Positions 1 through 11,500 of a DNA stretch of 60,432 nucleotides are shown piece by piece. The stretch covers positions 1 to 60,432 of the forward strand of contig JAGVYC010000015.1 in NCBI GenBank assembly GCA_018303485.1. The letters are read 5' to 3'. Position 1 is the stretch's first letter. Each line of letters opens with the position of its first letter. Source of the DNA: Candidatus Woesearchaeota archaeon. Lineage in GTDB: Archaea; Nanobdellota; Nanobdellia; SCGC-AAA011-G17; JACPNG01. The notes beneath the pieces were generated by a model. The model was given only the letters and a program-made list of their open reading frames with translations, had not been told where the DNA came from and made no database searches. The position numbers and the translations under genes are program-made.

Positions 1-228
1 AGGCAATGCAGACCAAGAGGCAATTGGTGTTGTGATATTTTAAAACACTTTCTGGGGCAAAAAAGGGGCTTGACCCTGCCATTATTACTTAAGTTTTATT
101 GATTGATGTTCCATAATTCTTTTTTTGAAAAATTTGTAATTAATGCAAATATTAAGAACACGCAGTAATTTAGTTACTACTTAGCAAAAACAGTGATTTT
201 TATATACTTGTTGATTATGTATAAAAAT

Positions 229-3144
229 ATGCCACAACATAAATTTAGTTTTACTGATTCTAAACCTGAGATTAATATTGCATTTGATCAAGCAGCTAAA
301 AAAGAAAGGCGTATCTGGTTTTATTTACTAATGATTGGCATTGTATTAGCATCAATGATTATTCCTGTTTCTAATGCAGGGAATGAAATAATAGCAGGGC
401 AATATGGAATTGGCAGCATTTCTCAAGTAAGAGTATTTTTGCCCACAAATGGTTCTTTTTTATCAAGTCCAGCATGGCAGTTTGCTGGCTTTGGTAGTGG
501 AAATACAGAAGGAAAAGTTGTTTTAAGTTCCTGCGATACTAATAATGATGGAATAAATGAAATCATTGTTGGCAAATAACATCATTTGGTACAGCAACAA
601 ATGCCATAAACATAGCCTGTGGTGATGTAAATAATGATGGTTATGGTGACATAATAGCAGGACAATCTGGAAGTGGAGGTATATCTGCTGTAAGAGTATT
701 TTTATCAAGTAATGGGATATTTTCGCCAACAGCATCGTTACAATTCAATGCATTTGGATCTGGAAATCCATCTGGTGGGGTTGTTTTAGCTTCATGTGAT
801 GTTGATGGAAGCGGAACTGATGAAATCATAGCAGGACAAGGATCTGGTGCAACTAACACTATAAGGATATTTGATTATGGCAGCACAACACCGATATCAC
901 AATTTTTTGCTTTTGGAAGTGCAACAAATGCCATAAACATAGCTTGCGGTGATGTAAATAATGATAGTTATGGTGACATAATAGCAGGACAATCTGGAAT
1001 AGGTTCAAGCTCGCAAGTGAGAGTGTTTTTATCAAATGACGGAACTTTCTCAGCAAATCCTTCCTGGCAGTTTGCTGGCTTTGGTAGTGGAAATACAGAA
1101 GGAAAAGTTGTTTTAAGTTCCTGCGATACTAATAATGATGGAATAAATGAAATCATTGTTGGCCAAGGTCCTAATGCAGGGAATGTTATAAGAATATTTG
1201 ATTATGGAAATGCAACACCTTCAAATCAATTCACTTCTTTTGGTTCAGCAACAAATGGAATAAACATTGCATGCGGTGAACTATACCAAGATTGTTTTGA
1301 TAATGATAATGATGGATATACTACGTGCGAGAATGATTGTAATGATACTGATGTGAATATAAATCCAGGGGCTTCTGAAATTTGTGATAGCCTTGATAAT
1401 AATTGTAATGGCATTGTTGATGAGGATTGCCAGTTTACATGCGATGATGCTAATAATGGCATTGGCTGTGGCAATGTGCTTCTTATGCACATGGATGAAT
1501 TAAATGGAACAATTAAAGACTATAGCGGGGAGCAAAACAATGGTGTAGAATCCGGAGGAGTAACTTATGGAGTAAGTGGGAAATTAGGTACAGCCTTAAG
1601 TTTTGACGGAAATGACGATCATATTATTGTTAATGATAACAATTCCTTGGACATAACAAATGCTTTAACTATATCTGCATGGGTGAATAGTAATGTCTTG
1701 CTTAACACCATACAGAGCATTATTTCAAAATGGGCATCACAAGTTATTTTTGATGGCAGTTCTTTCTCAAGTTACTATGTTAGTTTGTTAACAAGCAATT
1801 TTGATTATTATGGTGGTGTATTTGATGGCAGGTATGTTTATTATGTTCCATTAAATAACAATGGTAATGTTTTGCGGTATGATACTCAAGATAATTTTGC
1901 ATCAATGACGCTGGCTCAACAGGAGGGTTAGTTACCAAAGGCTATGCAGGTGGTGTATTTGATGGCAGGTATGTTTATTTTGTTCCATATTATTATAGTA
2001 ACTCTATTTACCATGGCAATGTTTTAAGATATGATACTCAGAGTGATTTTAATTCACCGAGCTCATGGAGTAGCTATGATGCTAGTGCTACAGGTACTGG
2101 TTATAAGGGTGGTGTATTTGATGGCAGGTATGTTTATTTTGTTCCATCTTTTAATGGCAATATGTTAAGATATGATACACAAAGTGATTTTAATTCATCA
2201 AGCTCATGGAGTAGCTATGGTACAAGTATGAACTATTATGGTGGTGTATTTGATGGCAGGTATGTTTATTATGTTCCATTAAATAACAATGGTAATGTTT
2301 TGCGGTATGATACTCAAGATAATTTTGCATCACAGGAGGGTTAGTTACCAAAGGCTATGCAGGTGGTGTATTTGATGGCAGGTATGTTTATTTTGTTCCA
2401 TATTATAATGTAATTAGTTCAAATCATGGCAATGTTTTAAGATATGATACTCAGAGTGATTTTAATTCATCAAGCTCATGGAGTAGCTATGACGCTGGCT
2501 CAACAGGAGGACTAACAACTAAGGGTTATCTAGGTGGGTTATTTGACGGGAGGTATGTTTATTTTGTTCCCAGTTCTATTGGCAATATTGATCACGGTAA
2601 TGTTTTGAAATATGATACACAAAGTGATTTTGCATCATCAAGCTCATGGAGTAGTTTTAATGCTAGTTCAACAGGCGGATTAGATACTGTAGGTTATGCA
2701 GGTGGTGTATTTGATGGCAGGTATGTTTATTTTGTTCCATCTTTTAATGGCAATATGTTAAGGTATGACACAACTAGTAGTCAAGCATCTTATGACCTTA
2801 GATTCACGGATTCTAGTAGATTAAGCGGAGCTTTACCAAGAACAACTTTTTTAGTAAATACCCCAACAAATGTTTTGTATTTGTCACTTAATGAAAATCT
2901 GCCTCCTGGTTGGAATTATATTGCAGCAAGTTATGATGGTTCCATGATGAAGCTATACTTAAATGGCGAATTAAAAAAGAGCAGAGCTGCATCTGGAATG
3001 ATCCAAACAAGTACAACACCAGTCAATATTGGGCGATATGTGGATGGAAATGGATATTTAAACGGTATAATGGACGAAGTGGCTATTTGGAATAGAAGCT
3101 TATCTGATACAGAGATATTAGATATATACAATAGAAGTCCTTAA
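229..3144 (+). CDS. Large membrane-anchored surface protein: FG-GAP-like repeats, Cys/Asp metal-binding motif, and a LamG domain with inserted beta-propeller repeats. Broken by 3 frameshifts, probably assembly artefacts
   Basis: Four consecutive open frames: 229-573, 573-1904, 1907-2332 and 2332-3144. N-terminal TM/signal, CGDVNNDGYGDIIAGQ-type repeats, DNDNDGY..CENDCND..INPGASEICDSLDNNCNG motif, LamG motifs (ALSFDG, LTISAWV, W.YIAASYDG, GIMDEVAIWNRSLS) and 7 GGVFDGRYVY[FY]VP repeats. Start ATG 229 chosen from the TATA at about 198-205. Confidence 0.75.
475..1163 (+). repeat. Exact 99-bp direct repeat pair (475-573 and 1065-1163)
   Basis: Identical base by base; the flanking bases differ on both sides. 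Confidence 0.95.
1806..2332 (+). repeat. Exact 99-bp direct repeat pair (1806-1904 and 2234-2332) within an array of about 7 coding repeats (about 1806-2770)
   Basis: Identical base by base. The ggtggtgtatttgatggcaggtatgtttat core recurs 6 times, plus one diverged copy. Confidence 0.95.
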
Positions 3145-3386
3145 GATATTGCATAAAGATGTAATGACTTATTTTGCTTTGTTCTTGTGCACTAAACTCA
3201 ACTGCTTATCAAAAATGTTAGTATATAATTGTGGACTGCACTCAAGAACATAACAATAAAATATAATTTTTTCATTCTGCTAATATTTATAAGCAAAATA
3301 AGAAAATTTATCACTACTGCTGTAGATACTATATAGATTTATAAGATTTAACAGCTTCTAAATTACAACGAATACGAGGTAACTTT

Positions 3387-5876
3387 ATGATGATTAAGAC
3401 ATACTTGGCATTATTCACATTGATATTGGCTTTGGCGTCAATTGCATATGCTGCATCACCAACAGAGCCAACAGCATTGCTGCCATTGAACCAGACAGCA
3501 TTAAATTATATTCCGGAATTTTCTTGGATAAATTCATCAGATATAGACGGAGATGCAATAACTTACATCTTGGAATTTGCAAATGATGATGGTTCATTAA
3601 ATGCAACGTCACCAGATGCAAGGCAGTTTATTTACGATTTTACACCGCCAAACATAACAAATGAAACTAATTCCCCTGATCCGGTCTTTAATGTAACAGA
3701 CGTAACCTTAACCTCAATAATCCAGGATAACCTGAATGAAAATGTAACAATATCATCTGTCTGGGTGGAAATAGATTACAATGGCTTGATGTTAAACTAC
3801 ACAGCATCAAAAAATCTTGATGGAGTTTATTCATATACCATAGATGATAAAAACCTCACAACAAACCAGACAATAAACTATACGTTTTATGCTCTTGATT
3901 CAGCTGGAAATGAAGCAAAAGGAACAACAAAATTCTTTACAGTCAATGGAACATTATTATTCATAAATCCTTCATTGCCAGATGGATTGAACAATTGGTA
4001 TGTGACAAACCCGACAATAGAGCTGAAAACAAATTTGGATGGCGTTATAACATACAAATGGGATGAGCTGGCGCAGATAAATTACACAGTTCCATTTAAT
4101 GCCTCGCAGATACTCCCGGTTGGTGGCCAGCAATTGCTAAAATACTGGTCAAGAGATTCAATAAATACAATACTAGAGCCTCAAAAAAACTTCACAATAA
4201 AAATTGATTTAACAGATCCAGCATTAATCTCGGCATACCCAGCAAACAACTCGGTGATTGGCGATATACAGCCGGTAATTTATGCAATAATGGATGATAC
4301 TTATTTTGATAATTCCCAAATAGACACATCAACAATTACATTTGTATTCGATGATCTTTTAGTAGCCCATTCAACAGCAGGAGCAACAACAATTAACATA
4401 AGTTATTTGCCAGCACCATTATCAGCTGGCGCGCATAATGCAAGCATAACAGCAGCAGATTACGCTGGAAATACTGCTAGCTATAACTGGACTTTTACAA
4501 TGGATATTTCGCCAATAAACCTTGCAATGCTTAATCCATTAAACCAAAGCTATAATACGAGCAATATAAAATTAAATTTAACAGCAAACAAAACAGTTGA
4601 TTTTTATAAATCATTGGACAATTCTGATTATGTTAAAATATGCAATGACTGCCAGGACTATGAAAAGCCTTTCTCATTTTCAGAAGGCTCGCATTTCTTA
4701 AGCATCAAGGCAGTAAACGGCGCTTCTAATGAAGAACTTGCAAACATAAGCCTTTTTGTTGATACAGTATCCCCTCAAATATTTGCAACATCGCCAAACA
4801 ACAATGCATTTATTTCATCAGGAAATTTCAGCATAACTTACAAAGAGCTTAATTTAAATTCAGTTAACTTATATTACAAGCCAAATACATCATTAATATA
4901 CAGTAATATTTCCTTGTTGTGCAATTCATCAACATCTTTGAACAGCAACCAAGACTGCTCAGCAATAGTGGACTTATCCCCTTATAATGGAGCAGCAATA
5001 AACTATTACTTTACAATCTCAGATGGCTTGCATTTAACATCAAGCAGCCTGAAAAACTTTACAGCAGATACATTAATTCCAGCAATAAATATAATATCGC
5101 CAGAATCAGCGAATTATAGCATTAGGCGAGTTAGAATAGACATGCAAACAGACAGCTTGTCAACCATGGCTTATGTGGATAATTTTACAGAGGTAGCACT
5201 ATGCAATTCCTGCAGCTCTTATAACAATACAAAATCATTCAAGGACAGTTTGCATAACATAACATTTATAATAACAGACAAGGCTGGAAATAAAAATAAT
5301 GTTTCATTGAACTTTTTCGTGGATTCAAGAGCCCCAAGGATTAGAAAAACATCACCATTGAACAATAAATTTTCAAACGGCAATTTCAGCATACAATATA
5401 CAGAGAGCAATCTAAGCAAGGCAAGGTTGTTTTACTACACAAATCCATTAGCATTGACAGAGGTTATATTGCCATCATGCCTTTCCGGAAAGAACCAAGA
5501 CTGCTCAGCATCATTAGACATGTCAGCTTATGAAAATCAGATAGTGTCTTTCTTCTTTAACATCTCAGATTCAGTAAGGGAGACAGAATCAAGAATAAAC
5601 AATGTAACAATAGATACTATCAGCCCGGCATCAGCAATAATCTCTCCAGCAAACGCAACATATTCATCAAGTTCTGTTTTATTGAATATAACTTCAACTG
5701 AAAATTCATTTATTTCATATTCAGACAACAATGGAATTTTCAAAGTCTTGTGCTCATCATGCAGTTCCATATTATCAACAAAGTTCTTTGATGAAGGCTC
5801 TCATTATTTAACAATAAAAACCATAGACAAAGCTAATAATATTGATCTAAAAACAGTTTCGTTTTCAGTAGAATAA
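3387..5876 (+). CDS. Secreted Ig-like repeat surface glycoprotein
   Basis: 829 aa with a signal peptide (ASIAYA), repeated D..P...SP.N and A.D.AGN Ig-like strands, many N-x-S/T sequons, and an SD-like GAGGT upstream. Confidence 0.8.
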   Translation: MMIKTYLALFTLILALASIAYAASPTEPTALLPLNQTALNYIPEFSWINSSDIDGDAITYILEFANDDGSLNATSPDARQFIYDFTPPNITNETNSPDPVFNVTDVTLTSIIQDNLNENVTISSVWVEIDYNGLMLNYTASKNLDGVYSYTIDDKNLTTNQTINYTFYALDSAGNEAKGTTKFFTVNGTLLFINPSLPDGLNNWYVTNPTIELKTNLDGVITYKWDELAQINYTVPFNASQILPVGGQQLLKYWSRDSINTILEPQKNFTIKIDLTDPALISAYPANNSVIGDIQPVIYAIMDDTYFDNSQIDTSTITFVFDDLLVAHSTAGATTINISYLPAPLSAGAHNASITAADYAGNTASYNWTFTMDISPINLAMLNPLNQSYNTSNIKLNLTANKTVDFYKSLDNSDYVKICNDCQDYEKPFSFSEGSHFLSIKAVNGASNEELANISLFVDTVSPQIFATSPNNNAFISSGNFSITYKELNLNSVNLYYKPNTSLIYSNISLLCNSSTSLNSNQDCSAIVDLSPYNGAAINYYFTISDGLHLTSSSLKNFTADTLIPAINIISPESANYSIRRVRIDMQTDSLSTMAYVDNFTEVALCNSCSSYNNTKSFKDSLHNITFIITDKAGNKNNVSLNFFVDSRAPRIRKTSPLNNKFSNGNFSIQYTESNLSKARLFYYTNPLALTEVILPSCLSGKNQDCSASLDMSAYENQIVSFFFNISDSVRETESRINNVTIDTISPASAIISPANATYSSSSVLLNITSTENSFISYSDNNGIFKVLCSSCSSILSTKFFDEGSHYLTIKTIDKANNIDLKTVSFSVE

Positions 5877-6003
5877 GCATTTATCATTATTTTACATAAT
5901 AAACATCAAACATTAGGAAGATGCCCTTATGAATTGCTGTTCCCTATTTGAAATTGAATAAGGGGAATAAATAGTTGGAGTTGATTAAACTCTCAAATAA
6001 AAA

Positions 6004-6255
6004 TTAGAGATTTTTTATTTCATATAATTTCTCTTCTAATTTTTTGCTATAGTATAACAATACCACTATAATCATGACAACTAAAAAAAAGAGCAAATCT
6101 GGTTTAGCAATGTTTAAACTATCTGGTAATTTATCAATTAAAAATACAGATATTATCGCAGTTCCAATCAGAACAAGCATAATATTCTGATTATTTAATA
6201 AATTATTATATTCCAAATCTTTAATGTTCTTTTCTTTTTGTTGACCATCAATCAT
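6004..6255 (-). CDS. Small 2-TM membrane protein
   Basis: ORF with two hydrophobic stretches; ATG 6255 lies next to the stop of the upstream ORF. Confidence 0.55.
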   Translation of the reverse strand: MIDGQQKEKNIKDLEYNNLLNNQNIMLVLIGTAIISVFLIDKLPDSLNIAKPDLLFFLVVMIIVVLLYYSKKLEEKLYEIKNL

Positions 6256-6256
6256 T

Positions 6257-6421
6257 TTATTTAACATCTAAGAAATATAAAAATCCTATGAGGGCAACAA
6301 TTACTCCAACAACAAATCCACTAATAGTTAAATTCGTACCTAGTCTAAATATTGGTGTTGTAATCATTAATAAAACCCCAATTATCATAGCGATGATAGA
6401 AGTTACTTTTTGACTTGCCAT
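6257..6421 (-). CDS. Small 2-TM membrane protein (54 aa)
   Basis: MASQKVTSIIAMIIGVLLMI...GFVVGVIVALIGFLYF hydrophobic hairpin; start moved to ATG 6421. Confidence 0.55.
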   Translation of the reverse strand: MASQKVTSIIAMIIGVLLMITTPIFRLGTNLTISGFVVGVIVALIGFLYFLDVK

Positions 6422-6582
6422 ATGTCTAAATGGATATAACAAATTATCACACTCCCTTTTAGTATTAAAAAAGTTATTTGATTTATTTAAACCTTCTTTA
6501 CTATAGTTTTGTAGTAAATCCATAGTTTCAACATCATTTAAACGAATATAATTTTATAAATGTATATGAACAAAAAACTAGC

Positions 6583-6768
6583 ATGACAGATGTACAGCCA
6601 ATAATCAATTGGGCATATGTATTAATTGTTTTTTTATTTGGTACCGCTATTAATATTATTATACCTTTTCTATTAGCCAAAATTTCTAAAAAATTTGCTG
6701 GCATCTTTGGTTTAATCTTTGAATTGACAATCCTAATTATATCTGTCTTAATGGGGTCAGCATCATAA
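6583..6768 (+). CDS. Small 2-TM membrane protein
   Basis: 61-aa hydrophobic ORF with TTTATAAA about 23 nt upstream. Confidence 0.55.
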   Translation: MTDVQPIINWAYVLIVFLFGTAINIIIPFLLAKISKKFAGIFGLIFELTILIISVLMGSAS

Positions 6769-6889
6769 AACCATTTCAGTTTATACTTTTTGTGATTTTA
6801 GCACCCTCTTACTTTGCAATTTAAAAAAAGAAAACACTTTTATACTATCTCTACTTTAAATTTTAGTGTAAATTTAAGGAGCAATTAAA

Positions 6890-7642
6890 ATAGAACATCA
6901 ACAATGGGATAGATATGCTGAAAATTATCATGAAAATATAACAAGTCCTTTGCAGCAAGGTATAGATAATCCCATATATAAATTAATAGAAGGCATGCCA
7001 AAGACAGAAGAGCTTGTAGTTGCTGATCTTGGTGCTGGAACTGGAGATTTGTTATTTTTCCTTTCAATGCAGTTTAAGCGGGTATACGCAATAGACTTTT
7101 CTGAAAAAATGCTTAATATAGCCAAAGAAAAATTTATTGGCAAGAAGAATATAACATTCAAGCAAGGCGATATAAGGGATTTATCAAAACTGGGTTTAAA
7201 ATTAGATATAGCAATAGCTATAAATTCGATACTATGTCCTTCTATTAATGATGTAAATAAAATATTGAAAGAAGTTTATGATTCCCTGAAAAGCGAAGGT
7301 TTATTCATCGCAATATTTCCAGCAATGGAAGCAGTATTATACCACTCTCTGCTTTTATATGAAAATGAACTTAGTAAAGGCGGTGACGAAGATTTAATTA
7401 TTAAAAATATAAACAGAAGGGTTGGAAAAGAATACTGTTTTATACCTGGTATTTTTAGAGACAAAGATGAAAAACAAAAATTCTTTTATAAGTTTGAACT
7501 GGAAAGAAGATTAAAAAATGCAGGATTTAAGCATATAAAATTTAAAAAAGTCTATTACCCTTGGGGTCAGCATGGTGATTTTGAAAGTTTTCCCAATGAA
7601 ACCATGATGTGGGATTGGTTTGTATTTGCTAAAAAAATTTAA
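6890..7642 (+). CDS. Class I SAM-dependent methyltransferase
   Basis: Motif I VADLGAGTG, AIDFSEKML and QGDI. The frame is open upstream of the TTG at 6950 and encodes WDRYAENYH; the start (ATA 6890 or ATT 6884, after AAGGAG) is uncertain. Confidence 0.85.
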   Translation: MEHQQWDRYAENYHENITSPLQQGIDNPIYKLIEGMPKTEELVVADLGAGTGDLLFFLSMQFKRVYAIDFSEKMLNIAKEKFIGKKNITFKQGDIRDLSKLGLKLDIAIAINSILCPSINDVNKILKEVYDSLKSEGLFIAIFPAMEAVLYHSLLLYENELSKGGDEDLIIKNINRRVGKEYCFIPGIFRDKDEKQKFFYKFELERRLKNAGFKHIKFKKVYYPWGQHGDFESFPNETMMWDWFVFAKKI

Positions 7643-7933
7643 CCATGCTAGAAAATGACAAGTAAGATAATTCTTATTGTGGATAATATTGTTACTACTT
7701 CTTTCAAAAACAATTCTGTCTTTTTAAATATTGTTGAACAGCAAAATAACAATAATTAATCAACTATCTTTTACCAATATTTAGTAAAAAAAACTTGCTT
7801 TTAATACATATCTGTGATGAATATTAATAGTGTTTATATAGAAGCCAGATTCATAATTATTGCCCACACTTGGTGGTGTTATAACATAACGATTTAGAGG
7901 TGATAATAGAGGTGATAAAATTAAAGGAGAATA

Positions 7934-8569
7934 ATGCAAATGAACAGAATAAAAACAATCGCTCTCTTGCTTGTATTTATCATGTCTCTGGCAATGCCTG
8001 TTTATGCATTAACAGCCTCTATAGGCAATGCAAGGATGATTCTAAATTACACATTGGAAAAGAACAAGGAAAATATTCTAGAAAAATCAATACTAGTAAA
8101 AAACGTAAATGACATGCCTGTTTTGATACAGTTAAAATCAGAAGGGGATATAAAAGACATAACTACTATATCAGAAAACAATTTTACACTGGCAGCCAAG
8201 CAAGATAAGGATGTTAAGTTCTCAATTAAGCTGACACAGCCAGGAGAGATAACAGGCAAGATTAATGTTTTCTTTAGCGATACAGAAGGCACACAAGCTG
8301 GTGCTGTATTGTCATCTAGCATTATTATATTTGTTCTTGGAGAAGGCTCAGTTACGCCAAGCCCAAATCAGACAATAAATCCAATAATAAAAAATAACAC
8401 AATAGACAATCCAGAGAATAAAACCCCTGTTACAGTTTCTGTTGGCGGAACAGGCAATGTAATTATAGAAAAACCAGAATCAGAGGTTAATACATTGTTC
8501 ATAGCATTCATTGTTTTAATGGCAATAATACTTTTTGCAATCATTATTATTATAATAAAAAGGAGTTAA
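7934..8569 (+). CDS. Secreted Ig-like protein with C-terminal TM anchor
   Basis: Signal peptide (MPVYA), beta-rich core, C-terminal hydrophobic helix followed by KRS; AAGGAG SD. Confidence 0.75.
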   Translation: MQMNRIKTIALLLVFIMSLAMPVYALTASIGNARMILNYTLEKNKENILEKSILVKNVNDMPVLIQLKSEGDIKDITTISENNFTLAAKQDKDVKFSIKLTQPGEITGKINVFFSDTEGTQAGAVLSSSIIIFVLGEGSVTPSPNQTINPIIKNNTIDNPENKTPVTVSVGGTGNVIIEKPESEVNTLFIAFIVLMAIILFAIIIIIIKRS

Positions 8570-8575
8570 ATTATC

Positions 8576-11500
8576 ATGAAAAAATTAGGATTAATATTTT
8601 TATTTTTATTAATAATCAATGTTGGATTTGCAGCTGATGTTGCTTACATACTTAAAAATCCAAATAACCCTGATAATAACTTGTTAAATGTTCTTACCCA
8701 AAAAGGCTTTACCATAGAATTAATAGATGATTCATTGGTAAGCACAACAAACTTCTCAACCTATAAGCTATTGGTTGTTGGGGACGAATTGTTTTCAAAT
8801 GCAGCACAGATTCCAGTTAATACCTATCCAAGCTTAATCTTGAATTCATATCATGTTGATGAATGGGGCTGGACTGACAAAATCTCAGCATTGTCAAGCA
8901 ACATGCCTTTGCAAGTAATCAATAACAATTTAACATCTTCAGCAGCTTATGTATCAAGGGATGTTCCTCAAGTAATGAATATTTACACAGCTTGCTGTTA
9001 TAGCGGAGGTAGTATATCCTTGCCATTGTATTATTTTGATAGGCTGGATTCAGCATTAAGCTTGCTGGTTGTTTCATCAACAACACAAAACCAGTATAAT
9101 AGGGCTTCAACAATAACACTTCCAGGAAACAACTTGCTTAATGGCAAAAAATCTTATGCAAGAGGCTGCTTTTTCGGAGCAACAGAAAGTGTTTATTGGA
9201 CTGATGATGCTAAAACATTATTGGCAGATTGTGCAGACTGGGTTGCTTATGGGGCTGATAAAGACAATGATGGTTATTATGAAACAGAAGACTGCAATGA
9301 CAATGATCCAAGCATACATCCAAATGCAGTAGAACTTGATGATGGCATAGATCAAGACTGCATTGATGATCCGCCAGTTTTATCAGACATGCCAAATGTA
9401 ACATTCAATGAAGATTTATCAAACTCATCTGTAGATTTAGACTATTATGTTACGGATCTGGATAATGCAGATTCATCTTTGTTATGGACTTATTTAGGCA
9501 ATGTAAATGTAAAGATTAACCTGAACAACTCAACACATGTTGTAAACTTTTCAGCAAATCCTAATTTTTATGGCCAGGAAACAATAAATTTTTCAGTAAA
9601 AGACCCAAAAAATCTGAGCGATTCAAAAAATATCATAGTTAATGTTCTTCCTGTAAACGATGCTCCTATATTAAATCCAATCAGCAATGTCAACGCATTT
9701 GCAACATCTTTGATTTCAGTAACAGCAGTTGCATCTGATGTGGAAAATGATTCATTAACATATTCAATCAATGACTCAAGATTCATGCAGAATAACAACA
9801 CATTTGCATGGCAGACAGATGTTAATGGTGTTGGCAGTTATGCATTTACAATAACAGTATCAGACGGCTATTTGCAGGCTTCAAGAACATTTAATGTTAC
9901 AATATCCCCAAAAATATTGATTAATGAGTTTACTTCAGATCCGTTTGCAGACAGAACCAATGATACATTTGTAACACCAGAAGATGAGTTCATAGAATTA
10001 TACAACCCGGCTAATATGCAGGTTTCATTCTTGAATTACCAGCTTATAATGAATGATTCCTCATCAACAACACAGTCTATATCTGGAACAATTCCAGCAA
10101 ACAGCCATTTAACAATTTATGACCCAACAGGATCCTTGGATGATAATGGCCAAATATCATTAAAAAATCAATTCTCTCAGATAATCGACAATGTAACATA
10201 CGGCAATTACAATGATGGCAATATGCTAAATAATGCTCCAAACGGCACATCGATTTCCTTGAATGATGAATGTGTTGCAAGATATCCTGATGGCACTGAT
10301 ACAAATACAGACATCAATGATTTTATCAAGAAATCCTGCAATCCTAGCACGAATAATAATCTTGATGTTGTTAATCCTGTTGTTTCATTGATTAGCCCTG
10401 CAAATAATACATTTGATAATGATGGAGATATAACCTTCATGTTTAATGCAACAAACCAGCAGTTAACAAGCTGTTCTTTATTAATTAACAGCAATGTTAA
10501 TCAAACAAAAGATGCATCTGGCAGTTATGTAGAAGATAGCTTTTCATTATTAGATATAGCAGATAATACTATTTTAACATGGACTGTGCAATGCAGTGAT
10601 GATGCCAATAATATAGGCACAGCACCATCAAGAGTTATAACTGTTAGAGTGAATGACGCTCCAACATTAACCCAAATACCAAATCAAACAATAACTGAAG
10701 ACGTAATATCATCAATAAACTTGAACTTGTATTCATCAGATCCAGAAAATGATTCATTAACATATTCTGTAACAGCACAAGATGCAAGCAAGGTAACTTG
10801 TTCAGTTGTTGGGTCAACATTAAGTCTAATGCCAAGTGCAAACTTCAATGGCATATCATCATGTACAATAATAGCTAATGATTCTAGCTTATCTAGCAAT
10901 CAAGTAACCTTTAACATTAATGTCTTGGCAGCAAACGATGATCCAACATTAACCCAGAACATACCAGACCAAACATGGAATGAAGACAACAACCTGACAA
11001 TCAACCTAAGCAATTACTTCCAGGATCTAGACAGAAGATTTATTGTATCAAACTGATGTAGATGCATTCGATCCAGACAATGATACAGTATCATATTCAC
11101 TCATCACAGCACCAGCCAATATGACAATAGATTTAGCTAGTGGTTTAATATCATGGACACCAATAAACAGCCAGGTTGGCATAAATCAAGTTACAGTCCA
11201 GGCATCAGACAACAACCTGACAAGCCTGCAGTTGTTTACAATAACAGTAGCAAATACAAACGATGATCCAACATTAACCCAGAACATACCAGACCAAACA
11301 TGGAATGAAGACAACAACCTGACAATCAACCTAAGCAATTACTTCCAGGATCTAGTCAGATTCATCAAGCTCTGTCAACAGCAACCTAATCCAACTAACA
11401 GTCCAATCAGTAAACGATGCTCCAATATTAACTCAAATCCAGAGCGTAAACGCAAATGAAGGAGATTTAATAACAATAACAGCAGTTGCATCTGATGTTG

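Noticed and set aside
1-114. Partial gene at the left edge
   Set aside because: Only a short minus-strand frame from ATG 82 with no recognisable motif; it cannot be supported.
475-2770. Diversity-generating retroelement TR/VR pair or CRISPR array
   Set aside because: The repeat copies are either identical or ordinary coding repeats. There is no adenine-specific mismatch pattern, no reverse transcriptase, no repeat-spacer periodicity and no cas genes.
3180-3250. Inverted repeat TGTTCTTG-TGCA / TGCACTCAAGAACA as an ncRNA
   Set aside because: Short, bulged arms around a long AT-rich loop; insufficient evidence.
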